From Leptospirales bacterium (lineage in GTDB: Bacteria; Spirochaetota; Leptospiria; Turneriellales; JAOUFE01): a stretch of DNA of 15,515 nucleotides. The notes below the pieces were generated by a model, which saw nothing but the letters and a program-made list of their open reading frames with translations, ran no database searches and had not been told where the DNA came from. Both the position numbers and the translations under genes were made by a program. Each line of letters starts with the position of its first letter. Positions within the stretch are counted from its first letter, which is position 1. This document shows, piece by piece, positions 1-7,634 of this stretch. The stretch spans positions 1 through 15,515 of the forward strand of contig JBEQLE010000042.1 of the NCBI GenBank assembly GCA_040326155.1, given 5' to 3'.

Positions 1-167
1 ATTGCATTGCGGCCTTTCTCTGAATAGCATTCCTTAAAATCAGAATCTTTAAATACAGGATAAATGTGCTCCGAAAACAGATGCATCGGGTCCGAGGTTT
101 CTAGCAAATGTCCATATACGGTTGTAGCACTCATCAGATCTAACTGATTGTTAGGTGTCAAACTCAT
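1..167 (-). CDS. Transposase N-terminus, IS1182/IS5-like (DUF772-type); partial, runs off the window start
   Basis: Manual minus-strand translation from ATG at 167 is open to the window edge: MSLTPNNQLDLMSATTVYGHLLETSDPMHLFSEHIYPVFKDSDFKECYSEKGRNA. The F-x-D-x-D-F-x-x-x-Y-S-x-x-G-R pattern is typical of IS1182/IS5-group transposase N-termini. Not in the supplied ORF track. Confidence 0.75.
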   Translation of the reverse strand, partial: MSLTPNNQLDLMSATTVYGHLLETSDPMHLFSEHIYPVFKDSDFKECYSEKGRNA

Positions 168-221
168 AAACCAAAATTTCTTGATTATATAAAGCTACAA
201 GCCTATTTTTCAGTGGTATCA
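1..221 (-). mobile_element. Left end of an insertion sequence (IS1182/IS5-like); boundary approximate
   Basis: The transposase start lies ~54 nt inside the point (~221) where the adjacent membrane-protein frame loses its family-like sequence after ...TGKVAAL. A minus-strand TATAAT at 184-189 precedes the transposase ATG. The right end and target duplication are outside the window. Confidence 0.65.
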
Positions 222-803
222 GGGCGGCCACTTTTCCTGTCAAAGAGAGCATTTCACTACAGTAATCAAAATAACGAGATAGTTCATATTGTGACAATTC
301 CCTTTTTGGGGAAGATTTTGTCCGTTGCATATCTTTTTTATACCGTCCGGGATCTTTTGTCAGTTGATGCATGTCGATTACATGAGCAATCGTACGAAGC
401 TCATGCAGGGCCTCCAAAACCCGGGAACGTTTTACTCTGGTTTCTACTGTTATAAGAAAAAATATGGCTGCGCCGATTAAAACAATATCATTGATCGCGG
501 CCTCAGCAATCTGGACAAGCTCGCCGAAATCAAAACTTTTCGTTCTAATATCCATAATTGAAAAACTGTATATTAGCGCCGACGCTATAATGAAGACAAT
601 AAAACCAATAAAGGTGCGTAGGATATAATTAGGCTTTGTAATATATTCGACCCGTTCTTTATTCGCAGTCGTCACCGTGTACAACTCTTTGCAGACTTTA
701 GCTAACCCCGAAGATGGAAAACGTTCTTCAATACGTTTAATCAACTCTGCAATAGTTTCCATCGTTTTTTCCGGATCAATATTGCGATAAATAGGCGTTC
801 CAT
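151..803 (-). pseudogene. Conserved two-TM membrane protein gene, disrupted by the IS at its 3' end and probably frameshifted near its start
   Basis: ORF 151..762 has two hydrophobic segments and the motifs RIEERFPSSGL, LHELRTIAHVIDMHQLTKDP and YFDYCSEMLSLTGKVAAL. The last 22 codons read through into IS DNA and overlap the transposase start. In-frame codons upstream of ATG 762 read TPIYRNIDPEKT with no ATG; the ATG at 803 is one base out of frame. Confidence 0.6.
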
Positions 804-962
804 CCTTTTATTATACGTATTTCCACCTATCAAGAGTTTTTTACCCGGTTCCGAAGTCAAACCTTAGATATACAATAAATTTTGGTCGGAAATTCCCCAC
901 CAGGAAATTAGATATAATTTCTGAGGAAAAAGAGTAAATACCGGGGGGATGGCAGAGAACGG

Positions 963-980
963 GTGGGCGTTTACGCCCAC
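963..980. repeat. GC-rich REP-like palindrome GTGGGCG-TTTA-CGCCCAC
   Basis: Perfect inverted repeat (GTGGGCGT/ACGCCCAC) in an otherwise AT-rich intergenic region. Confidence 0.6.
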
Positions 981-992
981 GTGGTCGGCGCC

Positions 993-1042
993 AAGGGGGT
1001 TTGTGGATTTCCAGATGGGGAAAAAACCATCCTCCCCCTCCC
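993..1042. repeat. Dispersed hairpin repeat, copy 1
   Basis: GATGGGGAAAAAACCATC at 1014-1031 is identical to 15387-15404. The flanks are similar too: AAGGGGGTTTG...TTTCC on the left and CCTCCCCCTCC on the right. Confidence 0.7.
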
Positions 1043-1088
1043 TGCATATTCGTAATTCCTAATTCGTAATTTCTTTTCCTAATTCCTA
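1043..1088 (+). repeat. Heptamer repeat tract (ATTC[C/G]TA)n; direct-repeat copy 1
   Basis: TGCAT-ATTCGTA-ATTCCTA-ATTCGTA-ATTT...TTCCTA-ATTCCTA. The 18 bp at 1055-1072 are identical to 2461-2478. Confidence 0.75.
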
Positions 1089-1158
1089 TGATAATAATAT
1101 GTTAAGCAAAAGTATCCCGGGAATCCTACAGAAGTTGTACGCAATTAAATTTTATTCC

Positions 1159-1187
1159 TTGACAATATCTCCTGTAAATATTACTTT
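1159..1187 (+). promoter_or_regulatory. Putative sigma70 promoter of the kelch gene
   Basis: TTGACA (1159-1164), 17-nt spacer, TACTTT (1182-1187), ending 65 nt upstream of ATG 1253. Confidence 0.6.
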
Positions 1188-1252
1188 CATAAAGTGTAAG
1201 GGTATTCCCCGAATTATTGTAGATTCACAGTGAATCGAAGGTATAATAAAAA

Positions 1253-2437
1253 ATGAATAAAAATAGATTAAAATTGTTAACAACCGCTACAATCGTATTC
1301 GTCTCCCTGTGGAACCTCGCATGCGTTATATGCCCCCCTGGCGGCGGCAGTACAGATCAGCGCATGAATCATAGTGCCACCTTGTTATCTGATGGGAAAG
1401 TTTTAATTGCCGGGGGGGAGAATGATTTTTCGCTCATGGTATATACGAGCGCACAAATCTACGACCCTGCCACCGGTTTATTTACGGAAACCGGCTCTAT
1501 GATAAGACAGCGGGAAGGTCATAAAGGAATATTGTTATTAGACGGACGCGTTTTGATCATCGGGGGGTACAATGGCGCATATGAGCCCCTGACAGACACC
1601 GAAATATACGATCCGGCTACCGGCGTCTTCACCGCAAGTGGCTCTATGATCATGCCTCGCCATGCCTATACGGCCACTATATTACAAAACGGAAAGGTTT
1701 TAATAACCGGGGGTAGCAGCGATCCATGGCAAGATAGTACGGCAACTGCCGAACTTTTTGATCCGGTGACAGGTACGTTTTCGCTCACAGGTTCCATGAT
1801 GACAGTTCGCGAGTCACATACGGCTACCCTGTTATCCAATGGTCAAGTATTGATCGCGGGGGGGCAAGCAGAGGTCGGCAATCAACATAATGTACTGGCA
1901 AGTGCCGAATTATATGATACGACCACCGGCAAGTTTACTACAAGTACTACGGTCAACTCCTATCGTGATCATGATCACAACGTGGTAATCGGTTCTCTGG
2001 GTACAGCGCGTTACGCTCACATGGCAACTTTACTCTTAGACGGCAGGGTACTGATTACCGGAGGGTCTTTAAATTATGATCGAGACCTACGAACCTCTGA
2101 GCTTTACGACCCGGTGACTGGCGCATTTACAAGTACCGGTTCTCTACTATATGCAGAGGGGCACCATACGCAGACTTTGTTACCCACCGGAGAAGTCCTT
2201 CTCACCGACTATTACTGTCGCAAGCAGTGCTTTGTAACCAAGGCAGAACTTTACAATCTGACCACCGGAACCTTTACACCTGCGGGAACCCTGAAAAACG
2301 AGCGAAACAATCACACGGCCACTTTATTGGGCAACGGTATGGTTTTGTTTGTCGGCGGTTCTGATACTCGCCAGATGACACGTTACGCAGAATTATACGA
2401 TCCTCGCACCAGTACGTTTTCGGAAACAGGTTATTAG
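1253..2437 (+). CDS. Kelch/galactose-oxidase-type 7-bladed beta-propeller, probable lipoprotein
   Basis: Seven repeats of R-x-x-H-x-A-T-L-L-x-D/N-G-K/R-V-L-I-x-G-G...A-E-L/I-Y-D-P-x-T-G-x-F. Basic/hydrophobic signal peptide ending in SLWNLA-C24. Confidence 0.9.
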   Translation: MNKNRLKLLTTATIVFVSLWNLACVICPPGGGSTDQRMNHSATLLSDGKVLIAGGENDFSLMVYTSAQIYDPATGLFTETGSMIRQREGHKGILLLDGRVLIIGGYNGAYEPLTDTEIYDPATGVFTASGSMIMPRHAYTATILQNGKVLITGGSSDPWQDSTATAELFDPVTGTFSLTGSMMTVRESHTATLLSNGQVLIAGGQAEVGNQHNVLASAELYDTTTGKFTTSTTVNSYRDHDHNVVIGSLGTARYAHMATLLLDGRVLITGGSLNYDRDLRTSELYDPVTGAFTSTGSLLYAEGHHTQTLLPTGEVLLTDYYCRKQCFVTKAELYNLTTGTFTPAGTLKNERNNHTATLLGNGMVLFVGGSDTRQMTRYAELYDPRTSTFSETGY

Positions 2438-2455
2438 CCGGAAAGAACCCCTTCA

Positions 2456-2485
2456 TGCATATTCCTAATTCGTAATTTTTTCCCC
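2456..2485 (+). repeat. Heptamer repeat tract; direct-repeat copy 2
   Basis: TGCAT-ATTCCTA-ATTCGTA-ATTTTTTCCCC, same orientation as 1043-1072 but one heptamer shorter. Confidence 0.7.
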
Positions 2486-2617
2486 ATGCGACATAATAAT
2501 TAGTTGACGATATGTGAAAATTATGTACCTTATGTTGTATACTCGGACAACAGATTCACTTGGAAAATTTAAGAATCTGGCGAGACGTCTGAATATTTAA
2601 TAATTACGGGGGAAAAT

Positions 2618-2932
2618 GTGACTACGATTTCGTTACACGGAGTAAAAGAGTTTAAAAAGTGGCTGGATGCGCATAAAGAACTTTTTAAAGAGAAAGGGCC
2701 GCAAATAGCGTTGCCTGAACTTTTTCCCGATCAATTCATGAAAAAATATACCGACTTTGCCAATATTGAGCGTCTGTTAAAGGTAGGCGGGCTTGAAAAC
2801 AAGTCGACCAAGAGCCTGAATCAGGAAAGTTTACAAAAACTCGACGATGTTATTCGCGAACGAACCATGTTCAACAACTGGACAGAAATGCTGGTTCGCG
2901 CGGGACGCGACTTTATAGCCCGAAACCACTGA
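2618..2932 (+). CDS. Small hypothetical protein (104 aa)
   Basis: GTG start after a GGGGG SD-like run, with a possible TTGACG-N16-TACCTT promoter at 2504-2531. The internally duplicated pattern FMKKYTDFANIERLL / VIRERTMFNNWTEML resembles a widespread uncharacterised small protein (from recollection). Confidence 0.75.
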   Translation: MTTISLHGVKEFKKWLDAHKELFKEKGPQIALPELFPDQFMKKYTDFANIERLLKVGGLENKSTKSLNQESLQKLDDVIRERTMFNNWTEMLVRAGRDFIARNH

Positions 2933-2971
2933 CGAAACATCGCTTTTCTCTCCTCTGTTTATCTAACTATA

Positions 2972-5539
2972 TTAACGCTTTTTCTTCTTTCTGGAGCTTT
3001 TTCTAGTCGAACCGCCGCCGCTTGTTTTTTTAGCAGCTTCGCTTGTATCGCTTTTAGGTTTTGGAGGAGATGGCATCCCGGAATTCTGAGCCTGGTTCAG
3101 TTGTGCGGGGTTTACACCGTAACCTTGTGTACCTTCGTGAATGGCCTCGCCTTGAATATTCATCTCTGTGGGAACCTGCTCTTCGAGCTGCCCTTCAATT
3201 TGCGCTCGAAATAAAAATTCAACGGTCTCTTCTTTTATATCGTCAACAACTTCGTCAAACATTTGAAAGGATTGAAAGCGATATTCCACAAGGGGATCTT
3301 TCTGGGCATACCCCATAGTCCAAACCCCTTCTTTAATATGGTCGTTTGTATAAAGGTGGTCTTTCCATTTCTGGTCAATCACCTGCAGACTGATAATTTT
3401 CTCAATAAGAGGAGTGGCTTTTTCACCTAGTTTCGCTGTTTTGGCTGTATATGCATTTTGTACTTTTTGATGAATTTCGGCGGTCATTTTATCAAGAGAT
3501 GTACCAGTCAGATCATCTTCACCGAGCGGCATGTGGATATCAAAAGAACCGGATAGCCAGTCTTTTAGACCTTCTGTATCCCAATCTGCAACTTTTTTAT
3601 CCGGTAAAAACTCGGAAGTACGCGAGTATATATAATCTTCAATAAATTCTTCGACCATGTCTGTAACCTGATCTTTTTCAAGAATTTCATTTCGCAAGGA
3701 GTAAATATAAGTTCGTTGCTTATTCATCACATCGTCGTATTCGAGCAGGTGCTTACGAATATCAAAGTTGTGACCCTCTACGCGTTTTTGAGCTCTTTCA
3801 ATAGCGCTTGAAACCATCTTGTGCTCAATCGCCTCGCCTTCTTCCATACCCAACTTCTGCATAATGGGGCCAATGCGGTCTGAACCAAAAATTCTCATTA
3901 AGTCGTCTTCTAAACAAAGGTAGAAACGCGACTCGCCTGGGTCACCCTGCCGTCCGGAACGTCCCCTCAACTGGTTATCAATTCGACGTGACTCGTGACG
4001 CTCAGAACCGACGACATATAGACCGCCCGCTTGTGTAACACCTTCGCCGAGTACAATGTCCGTACCCCGCCCGGCCATGTTTGTTGCAATGGTTACTCTA
4101 CCGCGTTGTCCGGCATCTTTAATAATTTCCGCCTCTTTTTCATGAAATTTCGCGTTTAATATGGAATAAGGAATTCCCCTTTGGGTAAGCATTTTGGCAA
4201 GTTTTTCGGAGTTCTCAATAGAGACCGTCCCAAGCAGTACCGGTTGCCCTTTTAAATGCCTCTCTTTTACATCGTCGGCAATGGCTTCGAATTTTTCTTT
4301 TTGGGTTCTGTAGACTTTGTCGGCCTGATCCATACGAACCATTATTCGATCTGTAGGTAAAACAATAACATCGAGTTTGTATATTTTGGAGAACTCTTCT
4401 GCCTCTGTATCAGCCGTACCTGTCATGCCCCCGAGTTTATCGTACATACGAAATAAGTTCTGAAACGTAATTGTCGCAAGAGTCTGGTTTTCCTGTTTTA
4501 TCTCAACTTTCTCTTTCGCTTCTAAAGCCTGGTGAAGCCCATCGGAGTAACGACGCCCTTCCATCATACGACCGGTAAATTCATCCACAATAATGACTTC
4601 ACCGTTTTGTACCACGTAATCGACATCGCGAGTGAACAAGGTGTAAGCTTTTAGAGACTGAGAAACATGGTGAACCATATCCACATTGTTAGGATCGTAA
4701 AGGTTCTCTATTTCCAGAAGTTTTTCAATCTTGGATACGCCAATTTCACTCAACAATACATTGCGGGTTTTTTCGTCTACCTCGTAATCGGTTTTATCTT
4801 CAAGACGCGGAATAACTTTGTTTACTTTTATATAGATATCAGTGTTTTGTTCGGCGGGGCCTGAAATAATAAGAGGAGTTCTTGCTTCGTCAATTAAGAC
4901 AGAGTCAACCTCATCCACAATGGCAAAAAAGTGACCGCGCTGGACCTTTTGAGATTTATGCTCCACCATATTATCTCGCAGATAGTCAAAACCAAACTCG
5001 TTATTGGTTCCATAGGTTATATCGCAATTATACGCCCCAACCTTTGTTTCATGATCCATTTTCGACACAATAAAACCGACGTCCATGCCGAGAAAACGGT
5101 AAATCGGAGCCATCCACTCAGAGTCACGTTTAGCAAGATAATCATTCACGGTTACAACATGAACCCCTTTTCCTGCAAGTCCATTCAGATAAATAGGCAG
5201 AGTCGAAGTAAGAGTTTTACCCTCTCCGGTCTTCATCTCAGCTATTTTGCCCTCATGAAGAACGACTCCCCCCATTAGCTGCACGTCGTAATGTCGCAGC
5301 CCGAGAGTCCTTTTCGAAGCTTCCCGAACCACGGCAAATGCCTCCGGTAAAAGATCGTCCAGAGTTTGCCCTTGCACCAGGCGCTCTTTAAATTCATCGG
5401 TTTTAGCTTTTAGACCGTCGTCCGAAAGGTCGCTTAAGCCCTTTTCGAGTTGATTAATTTGCTCCACCATCGGAGAGAGCCTTTTCACGTCTCTTTCATG
5501 TTTTGAACCAAAAATTACTTTTAATGCGGATTGTATCAT
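2972..5539 (-). CDS. secA: Preprotein translocase ATPase SecA
   Basis: Motifs [80 protein letters not shown] and [14 protein letters not shown] upstream of the ATG. Confidence 0.99.
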   Translation of the reverse strand: MIQSALKVIFGSKHERDVKRLSPMVEQINQLEKGLSDLSDDGLKAKTDEFKERLVQGQTLDDLLPEAFAVVREASKRTLGLRHYDVQLMGGVVLHEGKIAEMKTGEGKTLTSTLPIYLNGLAGKGVHVVTVNDYLAKRDSEWMAPIYRFLGMDVGFIVSKMDHETKVGAYNCDITYGTNNEFGFDYLRDNMVEHKSQKVQRGHFFAIVDEVDSVLIDEARTPLIISGPAEQNTDIYIKVNKVIPRLEDKTDYEVDEKTRNVLLSEIGVSKIEKLLEIENLYDPNNVDMVHHVSQSLKAYTLFTRDVDYVVQNGEVIIVDEFTGRMMEGRRYSDGLHQALEAKEKVEIKQENQTLATITFQNLFRMYDKLGGMTGTADTEAEEFSKIYKLDVIVLPTDRIMVRMDQADKVYRTQKEKFEAIADDVKERHLKGQPVLLGTVSIENSEKLAKMLTQRGIPYSILNAKFHEKEAEIIKDAGQRGRVTIATNMAGRGTDIVLGEGVTQAGGLYVVGSERHESRRIDNQLRGRSGRQGDPGESRFYLCLEDDLMRIFGSDRIGPIMQKLGMEEGEAIEHKMVSSAIERAQKRVEGHNFDIRKHLLEYDDVMNKQRTYIYSLRNEILEKDQVTDMVEEFIEDYIYSRTSEFLPDKKVADWDTEGLKDWLSGSFDIHMPLGEDDLTGTSLDKMTAEIHQKVQNAYTAKTAKLGEKATPLIEKIISLQVIDQKWKDHLYTNDHIKEGVWTMGYAQKDPLVEYRFQSFQMFDEVVDDIKEETVEFLFRAQIEGQLEEQVPTEMNIQGEAIHEGTQGYGVNPAQLNQAQNSGMPSPPKPKSDTSEAAKKTSGGGSTRKSSRKKKKR

Positions 5540-5658
5540 ATCGTCCTCTATGTATTAATGAAGATTTTCAGTACCTGAAATACAATGAGAGTGTAAAGTA
5601 GAAATTCACGTTGGCTGAACTGAAACCAGACCAACCGATATATTTCATTTTATAAGTC

Positions 5659-5700
5659 TTGACAGAATATATTTTCTTTCGTATTATCTTAATATATTCT
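5659..5700 (+). promoter_or_regulatory. Near-consensus sigma70 promoter overlapped by a 10-bp inverted repeat (possible operator)
   Basis: TTGACA (5659-5664)-N17-TATTAT (5682-5687). AGAATATATT (5664-5673) and AATATATTCT (5691-5700) are perfect inverted repeats. Confidence 0.65.
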
Positions 5701-5785
5701 CAGTGCGCCACTTTTTTCAAAAAAGGGCCGAATAAAGGTTTCACGATAGACCTTGGACTGTAAAATATATTGCGAAATTACAAAT

Positions 5786-6157
5786 ATGAGCATCCTAAAA
5801 ACAAAATATTTAATAATTGGTGTATGCATCGCATTGCTGATGTTTGCAAAAAAACAGGAATTCCTTTCGTCAGGACATTACGGCGCTTTAAAAATAGCTT
5901 ATGACCCCCAACAAAAACTGATTACCGGATATTATGAAAATGCCACAGGTTTTGACCCCCGAACGAACGAACCTCGGTTCAGCTGCTTGTTTTACATCGA
6001 GGGAGTGCGAAAAAACGGGTTCGTACGTGTAAAAGTATTTACAGGAAAAGAAACCGCCGCTCAAAAAGTGACTATCGGTTGGATGCGCGAAAATGAGCTT
6101 AACTCTTTGTTGCTGATTAAATTGAGCATAACACAAAACATCCTAAAATATGTTTGA
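5786..6157 (+). CDS. Hypothetical exported protein, possibly 3'-truncated
   Basis: ATG 5786 gives a signal-peptide-like start (MSILKTKYLIIGVCIALLMFA) and is preferred over TTG 5753. Core segment SGHYGALKIAYDP..LITGYYEN.TG.D...PRFSCLFYIEG. Confidence 0.6.
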   Translation: MSILKTKYLIIGVCIALLMFAKKQEFLSSGHYGALKIAYDPQQKLITGYYENATGFDPRTNEPRFSCLFYIEGVRKNGFVRVKVFTGKETAAQKVTIGWMRENELNSLLLIKLSITQNILKYV

Positions 6158-6215
6158 CACTTCAATTTTCATTACAAAAGTACGTTTTTAAGGAATATTA
6201 TCTAAAGGCAATAAA

Positions 6216-7091
6216 ATGAAATATACAGTAATCTTGCTAGGCCTGCTTGTTATGGTCAATTGTAAAAAAACAGAGACCACGGTGCAAAACCAGGATGCAT
6301 CGCCTGAAGAAATCGGCAATGAGACCATTGAGCCCGGAATTATAGAAGTCAACATTGGTTATTCGCAGGAGTATTACTCTCTTGTCGAAAAACTTAACAT
6401 AAGAAACGTACCTGACATAGGAAAAAAGTCAATCGGTACTTTGGCTGAAGGTGAAAAAGTTACTTTCTTAAAGCTTATTACTATGGAAAATATCGATGTA
6501 AAACTTCGTGGAAAAACCATTAATGCCCCTTTTTATAAAATAAAAACCAAAAACGGACTAGAAGGCTGGGTTTTTGCCGGAGCCCTCACAGAAATACCAC
6601 CACAACTATATACCTTCGACCTCGAAAAGAAAAAGTCGCAGCACGATTCATTTTTAGAAGACTCAAATAGTATCGTAGACGCTTTTGATGAAAACTCAGA
6701 AGCAAATAGTTCTTCAAAAACCCTGAAAAAAGACGATTTTTACGGCCCTAAAGCAAAATCTCTTTATACCATTAAACACGGTGTCGAACAGTGCGCCGGC
6801 ACAACTATTGAAACCAATTTTTACGATAACGGAAAAGTCATATATACCGAACTGGGAAACACCGTTTACTACTACGACGAATTTCAAAAGTTACCAAACG
6901 GTATCTACCCAAATATGGAACCTACGGAAGTTGAGAAATTATTTGGAAAACCAAGCGGCAATTACAATAACACCTGGCGGTACAAGGTTGACCATCAAGA
7001 TACGGATTATGGGATTCAAGGTTATGTATATTTCTTTTTTGACGATGGAGTTCTTTTTGGTCTTATGATGAACATTTTTTATGCTTGTTAA
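6216..7091 (+). CDS. SH3b-domain lipoprotein with a C-terminal SmpA/OmlA(BLIP)-like segment
   Basis: Signal peptide MKYTVILLGLLVMVN-C (spirochaete-type lipobox). SH3b pattern LNIRNVP...IGTLAEGEKV...FYKIKTKNGLEGWVFAGAL. Later segment GIYPNMEPTEVEKLFGKPS...WRY. Confidence 0.85.
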   Translation: MKYTVILLGLLVMVNCKKTETTVQNQDASPEEIGNETIEPGIIEVNIGYSQEYYSLVEKLNIRNVPDIGKKSIGTLAEGEKVTFLKLITMENIDVKLRGKTINAPFYKIKTKNGLEGWVFAGALTEIPPQLYTFDLEKKKSQHDSFLEDSNSIVDAFDENSEANSSSKTLKKDDFYGPKAKSLYTIKHGVEQCAGTTIETNFYDNGKVIYTELGNTVYYYDEFQKLPNGIYPNMEPTEVEKLFGKPSGNYNNTWRYKVDHQDTDYGIQGYVYFFFDDGVLFGLMMNIFYAC

Positions 7092-7156
7092 AAACCGGTT
7101 GCTCGATTATTACTATTTTTTGCATGACACGGTGATTGTAAAATGAAAATTGCCAT

Positions 7157-7576
7157 ATGGAGATTCTATCTACCCTTCTAACCATTACTTTTGTTGTTAT
7201 ATCGGCAATTTTAATGCTGGTTATTTTAATGCAATCCAGTCGTTCCTCTGGAATGGGGCTGTTTGGTGGCAGTAGCCAAAGCGCCTTCGGAGCAAGTTCG
7301 GGAGATATACTCACCAAAGTTACCGGCTATCTTACTGCAATATTTTTAATATTAGCTCTTAGCCTTGCTTTCTTGAAAAGCAAAGAGAGCGCCCTCACAA
7401 CTGTCAAAGGGGGAATGAACATGGAAGAAACCGGAACAACCGAACCAAACGGGGAAAACCCTGCGACAACTCCTGCTGAAGGTGACGATGCAAACGCACC
7501 AACAACGTCCAAACCAACTGAGGACAACAGCGACAAGGGCGACAAGGGCGATAACCCAAGTAGCACCACTCCATAA
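7157..7576 (+). CDS. secG: Preprotein translocase subunit SecG with an acidic disordered tail
   Basis: TM1, then LMQSSRSSGMGLFGGSSQSAFGASSGDILTKVT, then TM2: the SecG signature. Low-complexity P/T/E/D tail. Confidence 0.95.
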   Translation: MEILSTLLTITFVVISAILMLVILMQSSRSSGMGLFGGSSQSAFGASSGDILTKVTGYLTAIFLILALSLAFLKSKESALTTVKGGMNMEETGTTEPNGENPATTPAEGDDANAPTTSKPTEDNSDKGDKGDNPSSTTP

Positions 7577-7634
7577 TTGACTTTAATCTGCGTGCTCTTG
7601 TTCCCACTGGGTTTACAAACCGCTAAGTAGCGCC

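Noticed and set aside
904..921. Palindrome GAAATTA-GATA-TAATTTC
   Set aside because: Short and AT-rich with no second copy; it could be an operator but cannot be distinguished from chance.
841..1047. 68-aa minus-strand ORF (MQGGGGWFFP…)
   Set aside because: Reads through the GC-rich palindromes; P/R/G-biased with no recognisable motif, so probably spurious.
1370..2420. DNA-level repeats in the kelch gene as a DGR template/variable pair
   Set aside because: The similarity follows the protein repeat period; no near-identical pair differing only at adenines, and no reverse transcriptase in the window.
7530..7554. 9-bp tandem GCGACAAGG repeat in secG
   Set aside because: In-frame duplication (DKGDKGD) in a disordered tail; unremarkable.
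7577..7634. tRNA-Leu, often found after secG
   Set aside because: The gap is only 58 nt with no cloverleaf or TTCGA T-loop.
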